Shown piece after piece: positions 20,640 through 28,508 of a DNA stretch of 64,000 nt. Each line of letters starts with the position of its first letter. The stretch's first letter is position 1. The translations under genes and the position numbers were made by a program. Source of the DNA: an uncultured virus (IMG/VR IMGVR_UViG_3300020183_000051) (lineage: Duplodnaviria; Heunggongvirae; Uroviricota; Caudoviricetes); IMG/VR virus record IMGVR_UViG_3300020183_000051; one strand, written 5' to 3'. Below the pieces are notes generated by a model, which was given only the letters and a program-made list of their open reading frames with translations, was not told the origin of the DNA and did no database searches.

Positions 20640-22574
20640 TTATTTTAAATTATCTATTATATTATTCTCATCTAATAAAGATTTAACTTTTGAAGATTCT
20701 TTCAATAACTCTTTTTTATCATCTTTAGCCAAAAAATCTGATAATTTACCTAAATTTAAAGATTCAAACCCTAACGGTGATTGATTTTTATATTTATGGG
20801 AAATCGGATTTTTACGATAATCGGCTCGATTCTCTAATCTTCCCAGCGGATCTTCTCCAAATGGGTAATTTCTTGCGTCTTTTTTCCCTTTTTGAGAAGG
20901 TCGATCTGTTTTTTCGGCTAATGGCGGAGCTGCGCTAGCAGGTTCGCTAGGGGTTTCGCTAGGGGTTTCGCTAGGGGTTTCGCTAGGGGTTTCGCTAGGG
21001 GTTTCGCTAGAAGTTTCGCTAGAAGTTTCATCAGAACCACCGCCCGCGTCTTCCGATTCTCCATCTTTATTTATTTTTTGTAAAGAAGATGCGGGGTCAT
21101 TACCTTCTTCTTCTATTTGTTTAAACCTCCAACTCTGTTTGGCATCTTCTACAACTTCGCTATTTGTATTCAATACGTCCTCATCCGACATATTAAAAAT
21201 ATTTTTATATATCCAATCTTTAGAAAACAATTTATTTTCCATCATATCTTTGGCCACCGTCACTTTATTTCCCCAAATATCAATTTTTTCTTTTTCAAAG
21301 ATAGTTGATGGATTTGTTAATTCTAAGCTAAAATTAACCAAATTTTCATCAGTAAATCCTTGAGAGTATAAATGAACTACGCCGAGCTTTGTCAATTCGC
21401 TAATCAATATTTTTTGAATACGGTGAATGGTTCGACCAAATCTAACGTCTTCAGCCGCTAATGTGGCTTTTCCAGATAGATCTTCTTCATATCCCAAAAA
21501 AGCTTTGGGAATTTTTAAAGCGGCCATCATTTTATTTCTTAAATACTCAATATCATCCGTACCGGTAAATTCCATGCCGGATAAAGGTTGAATATCAGTT
21601 CCACTATCTCCACCACGAACAGGCAAATAAAAATCTTCCACCATGTTTTGTAAATTAAATCTGAGATTATAATCGCCGGTTTTTTCATCTATATAAGGAA
21701 CCTTTTTCATTTTATTCATGGTACGTTCCATAAAATTATCAATTTCTCCGGGAGGTATATTTCCTACGTCAATTTTAAATACTCTTTTTTCAGGAGCCCG
21801 CATAATACGATGTATTAACATCGCATCTTCCATTAAACTTAATTGTTTCCAAACACGTCTAGATCCTTCAACCATAGATTTGCCATATGGAAGAAAATTA
21901 CTATCAGATAATAATCTAAAATGTGCCACTTGATAATTTTCTAACTCTTCCATTACACCACTTTCAAAGTTAACTTGATATTTGATGTAATTTTTGTTCA
22001 TCGGATCACTATTTTCTACACGAGAAACATTGTATGCGGATAACGGTTCAACCAAATAAATTCCATATTCAGGACTAATGTGTAATTTTAAATAAAAATC
22101 TCCATATTTACACATATTTCGTGTCCAACTCCATAAATTGAATTCTATGTTAAGAATATCATAATACAGATTTTCTAGTATTCTTTTAACATTATTATCA
22201 TCGGCCTTTACATTAAGAACATAACCCATTTCATTTTGCGTAAGACACTCATCTGCGTAAATATCAAGTGCGGATGATATTATTGGATCCATATCCATAA
22301 CATCATAATCGCGGAATAATTCTATTCTAGACGACTGATACGCCATCGTAAAATCACGACTATATTGACTATAGCCAGAAGTACGTATTCTATTAAATCT
22401 ATCTCTGAGAGTATTTCTATCGGTGGCATACTGAATCTGATCAGTATCCTTTATCTTTAACATTTTTCCACCAACATTTCTTACCACTACATCCGTGGAA
22501 AACAACCTTTTTAATTTTGCAAAAAGACTTTTTGATTTTAAATCTATTGGTTTTTTGGCGTCGTTCGAATCCAT
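20640..22574 (-). CDS. gp20: Portal vertex protein
   Basis: LMEDAMLIHRIMRAPEKRVFKIDVGN, EDFYLPVRG, DDIEYL...ALKIPK. Confidence 0.95.
   Translation of the reverse strand: MDSNDAKKPIDLKSKSLFAKLKRLFSTDVVVRNVGGKMLKIKDTDQIQYATDRNTLRDRFNRIRTSGYSQYSRDFTMAYQSSRIELFRDYDVMDMDPIISSALDIYADECLTQNEMGYVLNVKADDNNVKRILENLYYDILNIEFNLWSWTRNMCKYGDFYLKLHISPEYGIYLVEPLSAYNVSRVENSDPMNKNYIKYQVNFESGVMEELENYQVAHFRLLSDSNFLPYGKSMVEGSRRVWKQLSLMEDAMLIHRIMRAPEKRVFKIDVGNIPPGEIDNFMERTMNKMKKVPYIDEKTGDYNLRFNLQNMVEDFYLPVRGGDSGTDIQPLSGMEFTGTDDIEYLRNKMMAALKIPKAFLGYEEDLSGKATLAAEDVRFGRTIHRIQKILISELTKLGVVHLYSQGFTDENLVNFSLELTNPSTIFEKEKIDIWGNKVTVAKDMMENKLFSKDWIYKNIFNMSDEDVLNTNSEVVEDAKQSWRFKQIEEEGNDPASSLQKINKDGESEDAGGGSDETSSETSSETPSETPSETPSETPSETPSEPASAAPPLAEKTDRPSQKGKKDARNYPFGEDPLGRLENRADYRKNPISHKYKNQSPLGFESLNLGKLSDFLAKDDKKELLKESSKVKSLLDENNIIDNLK
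20941..21030 (-). repeat. 12-bp repeat encoding SETP/SETS in the portal tail
   Basis: ttcgctaggggt units. Confidence 0.9.
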
Positions 22575-22604
22575 ATTTTTATAAAAATAAATAGTTAAAA
22601 AGAA

Positions 22605-24221
22605 TTATAATAACCACTTTAAATCTTCTCTTTGTTTATTAATTCCGTTATTATTTCCTTGAGAAGGAAGCGGCATACTCCAATAATTTTCTGATTCTTG
22701 TGTCTTTGAAGTATAAATTGCAGATCCTCCACCGGTTCTACTAATTGCATCGATTAAGTTTTTAGTATATTCTCCACTTTGAGTTTGTAATCTCAAAGCG
22801 GTATCTCTCACCCACAGTCCCATCCCCAAGCTTGTAACTAAATCATCATTGTAACCACCCATTGCCTCTGGTTTACTTCCATTCCAAATGAATACTGATA
22901 ACTCTTCATATAATCTCACCGAATTTGTTATTATTGATCTTTCTCTAAAGTAAGATTCCAATTTTGAAATTATAAGCGGACGAGTTTTATTTGTTGTAGT
23001 AAATCCTGGAACCATATTTTTTTCAGCACGATTTATTTTATTATTCATCTGTTTTTCTAAATCGACGTATAATAAATCTGCGCTGCTATAAAACGTGTTA
23101 GGATATTGTAAATCTATAACTTGTTGAATGGTAGCCCAACCATAACTATTATTTTCTATAACAAGTATTGCTCGGTTAAATTCGTTAGCCACACTCACCA
23201 GTATATTTCCATACGTTTTTGTATCAACCGAGCCTTTAAATTCTGCTACTTGTTTTAAATCATTTATTTCTAAAACATGAAATGCGGAATAGTCACCCCC
23301 ATCGCCTCTAGCCACATCTGCGCACACTATGTATTGTTTACTATAATTAGGATATTCCCAAATCCACAAAGATTGATTGGCGAATCTTTTTTCCAAAGGG
23401 TCTCTTATGCATTTTTCTTGGACCCACTTTAATGTGTCAGTATCAATTACTGTATGACCTGTAGTAGTAAAATCACAGTCGCATTCTTGAGCTGAACCTT
23501 TTATTCCGGACAATTCTGTTTGTTTGTTTCTCCAAGACTGGTCACGTTCTGGATGAAGCTGCCATGGTAATTTTATTGTATTAAATTCGTTCTGTTTTGA
23601 TTCTGCGCCGACCCACGTTTTATGAAAAAAGTTTCCTACGCCATTTGGGGTGCTCAGTAAAATTGCTCGACCGCCGGTAGAAAGAGTTGGCTGTGCAGAT
23701 AGCCAAATTTCTTCTATATTATCTATATATGCGGCTTCATCTATTATTAATAAAGAAAGAGCCGACGAACGACCCGCATCTCCTGAAGAAGACACGGCTT
23801 TTATTTGCGAACCATTTTTCAATCTTAAAGATAAACGATTATCTTCTATACATTGAACCTTTAACCAAGACGGCAAATTATTATTAGCAAATCTAACTCG
23901 CGTTATTATTTCTTTTGCCGTTTCTTGTTTTATACTAATACACAAAATGTTTTTATCACTGTGAAACAGCATTAACCATAAAGCATAGGCTGACGTAAGA
24001 GTAGTAATACCCATCTGTCTTGACTTTAAAATTATATTATAGTTATTATTTATTAATCCTTTTAAAGCATCTTCTTGGAACGGAAATAAATCAAACGGAA
24101 GAGTTCCTCTTAACGGATGTTGAATTTTTACATATTTTCTCATGAAATAAAGTGGATCAGACAAACATCGTTTGTATTCCTCCTTTATTATCTCTCTTAA
24201 ATTTGGTTTCGTTTCACCCAT
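22605..24221 (-). CDS. gp17: Terminase large subunit
   Basis: LFPFQ, KSRQMGITT (Walker A), LIIDEAAY (Walker B), STPNG, nuclease DVARG...DYSA and NDDLV. No intein apparent. Confidence 0.95.
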   Translation of the reverse strand: MGETKPNLREIIKEEYKRCLSDPLYFMRKYVKIQHPLRGTLPFDLFPFQEDALKGLINNNYNIILKSRQMGITTLTSAYALWLMLFHSDKNILCISIKQETAKEIITRVRFANNNLPSWLKVQCIEDNRLSLRLKNGSQIKAVSSSGDAGRSSALSLLIIDEAAYIDNIEEIWLSAQPTLSTGGRAILLSTPNGVGNFFHKTWVGAESKQNEFNTIKLPWQLHPERDQSWRNKQTELSGIKGSAQECDCDFTTTGHTVIDTDTLKWVQEKCIRDPLEKRFANQSLWIWEYPNYSKQYIVCADVARGDGGDYSAFHVLEINDLKQVAEFKGSVDTKTYGNILVSVANEFNRAILVIENNSYGWATIQQVIDLQYPNTFYSSADLLYVDLEKQMNNKINRAEKNMVPGFTTTNKTRPLIISKLESYFRERSIITNSVRLYEELSVFIWNGSKPEAMGGYNDDLVTSLGMGLWVRDTALRLQTQSGEYTKNLIDAISRTGGGSAIYTSKTQESENYWSMPLPSQGNNNGINKQREDLKWLL

Positions 24222-24813
24222 TTAAAGCTTTAAGTTGATTTTCAATTCTATCTAGTGCGTCTAAACACTCCTTATAATCATTTTTAGCATCAGATAATAC
24301 TTTTTCTTTAGTAGTATCTTTCCAAATTTCTTTACTACCATCTTCATTTAAATAAACAATATCATTTGATGCGGTTTCTAAATATTTTATAGTCTCTTCT
24401 AATTTAGATTTTAAATCTAAGCAAAAACTTTTTTGATTGTTAAAAACTTTTATTTTTTCATAATCTTCAAACTTATTTTCTAATTTTAATTTTGTTTCAA
24501 ATTTTATATTACAATCGTAACATCTTCCTGTTTTTGGAAAGATTTTGTCGTCCAAATAATTACCCCACTTCATATCCATATCACAGTCTTTACAACGCAA
24601 TCTAATAATATCAGGATTTATTTTCTGCGGAGTATTTATCCGCCGTTTTCTTCCGTTTTTATAAATCCAACATTTACCTCCAGCATCTGTCCAAGTCTCA
24701 CCTTCTTTTCTTTCTGACATATCAGAATTATATCCCACTTGAACAAATGGCCTTTCTCCGGATAAATAACCTTTTATAATATCAATATTACTTTTATTTT
24801 TTGCACGCTTCAT
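24214..24813 (-). CDS. Zn-finger plus coiled-coil protein overlapping the terminase start
   Basis: CKDC...CYDC; helical C-terminus. Confidence 0.65.
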   Translation of the reverse strand: MKRAKNKSNIDIIKGYLSGERPFVQVGYNSDMSERKEGETWTDAGGKCWIYKNGRKRRINTPQKINPDIIRLRCKDCDMDMKWGNYLDDKIFPKTGRCYDCNIKFETKLKLENKFEDYEKIKVFNNQKSFCLDLKSKLEETIKYLETASNDIVYLNEDGSKEIWKDTTKEKVLSDAKNDYKECLDALDRIENQLKALNG

Positions 24814-24878
24814 AATTTAAATAACCGTTGATATATATAATGAATTTTCTTAAAAAAAATAAAACTCACTACATTTTA

Positions 24879-27737
24879 TTATGTTAAAGTAGATTTAATC
24901 ATGTCTTCTATAGCAGATTTTTCAGTAGAAGAAATATTTTCGGTTTTTATAATCTCCACGAATCTGTTCAATACAATATTTATAGTTTTTTTGTCTAAGT
25001 TATCTCGCATCATTTTTAAAAGACCCTGAAAACTTCTAAAGTTATTTAAGTCATCCGATGTGGGAGATTTTTTAAAAATTATTTCAAATATTTTTGATAA
25101 ATTTGTAATTGATACAAATTTTTCTCCCATATCTTTTGCCGTTCGCGCTTCTACAAACTCATAAGCATCTTTATTATTTATTTTTCCAACATAGTTATAA
25201 GCTTTTCTTATTCCTGCACCTCCGCCGCCTGTATTTAGAGTATATTCAGATGGAATAGAGTCTCTTTTATTTTTAGAAATTTCCCTGTCTGTTATTTCTT
25301 TTTTTTCTTTATATTTTTTGACTCCGCCGGGAGTCAGAACTATTACATTTTCTAATCTGGTAGTTCCTCTAGCTAATGACCGTAATAAAATTGCGCCTGC
25401 CAATCCTTTAATTCCTTTAGCCAAATCATCTAATGGAGAATCTTTTGAAAATTTAGTCCATTCAGAAGGTTTCTCATAACCTTGCTGATCTTTAACCATA
25501 TTGTCTCCCTCGAAATCAACCTGAACAATTTGATTATTTGGTTTGTACCAAAAAATAGTAACTAATTGATCAGGTATTGCTGCGGCACTCTTTGTTCTAC
25601 CGACATAAAAAAATTGGTCGGTTATTTTATTTTCTGATCCAGGTTCCCATTCACTTTTATTATCATCCTTTGTGTCTAAAAATTTCTTAAGTTCATCTAG
25701 TTTAGTTATAGGAACAATAATATCTATATCACCGTAATCAGATTTTATTTTTTCCAAAGAAATGTCAGGATCGCCGGTTTTTTTCCTTAATATATCATCC
25801 ACATCAGGATTCATTAGATGCTGTGAACTTCCATTAAAGATATAACCGCTTTTAATATATGGATTGTTTGGATTCCAAAAATTTATATGTTTATTTAAGG
25901 TAATAGCTAAATCTCTTATATGGTCAGAAATAATTGTTCTATTTCCACCAGAAATATTGAGTTTTTTATCAGCTCTAGCAGTTTTGCCGTTAACTGTTTT
26001 AGGAGTCTTAGGATCAATCGATGCAATCGATTGACCACTTTCGTTCAAAGTTTTTGATCTTGAAATATTTTTTATTAAGTTATATATTTTCTCTTTGTCT
26101 AAATCAGAAATATCGGGCAAATTTTTAGTAAATGAAAGTTTATCATCATTTTGTAAAAATTCACGCATTTTTGTTCCACTTATATCAACCGTGTGAGAAC
26201 GTTCTATCCCTCTTAATTTAATTTTATTTAAACCAAATAAATTTTTATATTTTGATTTGAATTCTTCTGAGTTATATGAATTTATGTCGTCTATGTCGGA
26301 ATATATGTTCACGATAGGCGATTCATTAAATTCTTTATCTAAATCTAAAAGCATATAACGAACCGCAGAAACAGGACTGTCTACAAATTTTATTTTTACA
26401 TTATTTGGCAGATATCGTTTTAAGATTTCATTCCATATCTGTATCATTTGATTTCCTGTTATAGGATACTCTCCTTTTTTGATACGATCTTTTTCGCTAA
26501 TATAAACAATCACATTATTATTTTCTTTCGACGCGAGTTGTATTAACTTCCAATGGCCCAAATGTACAGGTTTTGCTGCCATTGGAACCAATCCCAAAGT
26601 TTTTGTATTTCTTCCAGAAAAAACGTATCTCTGTATTAAAAACTTTCCCGCTAACATGAGATCGTCGATCTTATTTATACGAGATTTTTTAGAATGGTGT
26701 ATTTTTTCTAAATCAACTTTTTTAATAAAATCATTATACGTTTTTAATAAATTTTCAACCGAATTACTAAAATCAAGTCTATCTACAAATCCCCTTGCAA
26801 GTTCAGAAATTTTATTTTGATATTCTTTTTCAGATTCAGCATCCATCTGAGATGATAATTTTTTATTACTCCTAACGGTTAAATCGTATTGATCCGACTG
26901 TGTAACTTTATATAATTTATTATCTGAAGTATGTATCACCACGCCTTCTGGCTTTCCGCCTAACTTAGATGAAAACGATACCATCATTTTAGAAAATTTA
27001 GAAATTATATCAAGAGAATCGTCGAAATTTATTTCGGTTTTATTAAAAATACCAAGAAGTTCATCAGACTTTATTGCAGAAATAAAATTTTCTCTAGTAT
27101 TAATATATCCGTCTAAAATTACCGGAAAAGTATAGATATCCAGTATTCGAGCCATATCATTTATACTATTAAAATCTGTAATTTCTCCGCTTGTACTAGA
27201 AATAGTCAAAAATCCGTCATTTACATAATATTTTACATTCGCAAAAGACCGTAAAAATAAAGCTTGAGTAGTTACATATGTTCGAGTCAATGTGTCTTTA
27301 TTTTGAGCAAATTCTAAACTAAACGCAGTATTTTTTGGAACCAAAGAAATTTTATCATTTATTTTTTTAAGCTTTTCAAAAACATTTTTATACTGAGAAA
27401 TACCTATAGATTTAGAACTTATGTCTTTTATATCCTTCTCATTAAAATGTTCAAATTCTTCAGGATGCAAAATATTTCCTTTATAAGATACAATCCAATT
27501 ATCCGAATAATTTGAAGAATCTGTATTTTTTCTTACTAAAATTAGTTTTGTACCATCTATTTTTTCTTCTACATGTAACTTTTTACTGATAAAGTTAGAC
27601 GCTTTTTGAATTGTGTCTATTTCTTTATTTAAATGTTTAATACTAACGTCTAAACTTTCTGACAAAATATGTTGTATGTATTCTTCAACTATTTCATCAA
27701 TTTCAGATTTTAAAATTTCATAGTATTTATTTTTCAT
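24879..27737 (-). CDS. Multidomain nucleotidyltransferase: RNA-ligase-like, HIGH-family (cytidylyltransferase-like) and Pol-beta-family domains
   Basis: EEKIDG...EF...EGVV...LYKV; KPVHLGH...ISGTKMR; GSS...GDIDI...QVDF. Start at 27737 or 27755. Confidence 0.7.
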   Translation of the reverse strand: MKNKYYEILKSEIDEIVEEYIQHILSESLDVSIKHLNKEIDTIQKASNFISKKLHVEEKIDGTKLILVRKNTDSSNYSDNWIVSYKGNILHPEEFEHFNEKDIKDISSKSIGISQYKNVFEKLKKINDKISLVPKNTAFSLEFAQNKDTLTRTYVTTQALFLRSFANVKYYVNDGFLTISSTSGEITDFNSINDMARILDIYTFPVILDGYINTRENFISAIKSDELLGIFNKTEINFDDSLDIISKFSKMMVSFSSKLGGKPEGVVIHTSDNKLYKVTQSDQYDLTVRSNKKLSSQMDAESEKEYQNKISELARGFVDRLDFSNSVENLLKTYNDFIKKVDLEKIHHSKKSRINKIDDLMLAGKFLIQRYVFSGRNTKTLGLVPMAAKPVHLGHWKLIQLASKENNNVIVYISEKDRIKKGEYPITGNQMIQIWNEILKRYLPNNVKIKFVDSPVSAVRYMLLDLDKEFNESPIVNIYSDIDDINSYNSEEFKSKYKNLFGLNKIKLRGIERSHTVDISGTKMREFLQNDDKLSFTKNLPDISDLDKEKIYNLIKNISRSKTLNESGQSIASIDPKTPKTVNGKTARADKKLNISGGNRTIISDHIRDLAITLNKHINFWNPNNPYIKSGYIFNGSSQHLMNPDVDDILRKKTGDPDISLEKIKSDYGDIDIIVPITKLDELKKFLDTKDDNKSEWEPGSENKITDQFFYVGRTKSAAAIPDQLVTIFWYKPNNQIVQVDFEGDNMVKDQQGYEKPSEWTKFSKDSPLDDLAKGIKGLAGAILLRSLARGTTRLENVIVLTPGGVKKYKEKKEITDREISKNKRDSIPSEYTLNTGGGGAGIRKAYNYVGKINNKDAYEFVEARTAKDMGEKFVSITNLSKIFEIIFKKSPTSDDLNNFRSFQGLLKMMRDNLDKKTINIVLNRFVEIIKTENISSTEKSAIEDMIKSTLT

Positions 27738-28497
27738 GCGATTTAAACGTGTCATTAAATGTAGTTATTGCTTTTTTATATGAATTTTTAGTTTCATCAT
27801 ATTTATCTTCCGTATACTGCCAGTTCCAAGAAATTTCCGCAGGAACATTAAATCCGAAATGATTAAAAATATCTTTTTGAGTATCTATTACCCGACTACC
27901 GTTCCAGTTTTGACCTATAGCAATCATACCCGCATCTTTATCTTTTAATATATTAGACTCGCCTAACGTAGTGTGTCGATTTTCTAACCACGTCAATCTC
28001 TCTATTAATTTTTGATATATGCTGTTAGTTTGCCCCCACCGAATTGAAGTGAAAAAAAGAATGCAGTCGCTCTCAAATAACACCTTTGAAATTTTCCAAA
28101 GCTCATCTGATTTATTATTAACACTAGCCCAGCATCTTAATTGTCCAGTAGGATTTTTATCTTTATCTTTTAAAATCGATTCTTTGACCCCACAATTGTT
28201 ACCCCACTTTGTAGAAACATTTCCTTCGCAAACAAAAATATTTAATTTAGAAACATCAATAAATGTGGATTTATCAGACCCCAATCTATCATGAACAATT
28301 TTAGCTAAAACCGTAGATTTCGCTTCGTCATCTTTGTGCCCTTCCCATCGATTTGACGTGGCTAAAATCAACACTTTATTTTTGCTTTTAAGAAAATTTA
28401 TAGAAGTTTCTAATCTATCAGAATTTTTTTCCAGATCTTTAGGGTTAGATGCCAATCTGGTTTCTTTTATAAGATTAATTAAACTTATGTGCGACAT
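27727..28497 (-). CDS. Flavodoxin-fold NADPH-dependent FMN reductase / iron-sulfur flavoprotein-like protein
   Basis: KVLILATSNR...KST; LNIFVCEG...C...C; SDCILFFTSIRWG...QKLIERL; KDAGMI. Confidence 0.7.
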   Translation of the reverse strand: MSHISLINLIKETRLASNPKDLEKNSDRLETSINFLKSKNKVLILATSNRWEGHKDDEAKSTVLAKIVHDRLGSDKSTFIDVSKLNIFVCEGNVSTKWGNNCGVKESILKDKDKNPTGQLRCWASVNNKSDELWKISKVLFESDCILFFTSIRWGQTNSIYQKLIERLTWLENRHTTLGESNILKDKDAGMIAIGQNWNGSRVIDTQKDIFNHFGFNVPAEISWNWQYTEDKYDETKNSYKKAITTFNDTFKSHEK

Positions 28498-28508
28498 ATG
28501 TATATATA

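Noticed and set aside
20640..24221. Inteins or introns in portal and terminase
   Set aside because: Lengths are ordinary, motifs are contiguous and no splice motifs were seen.
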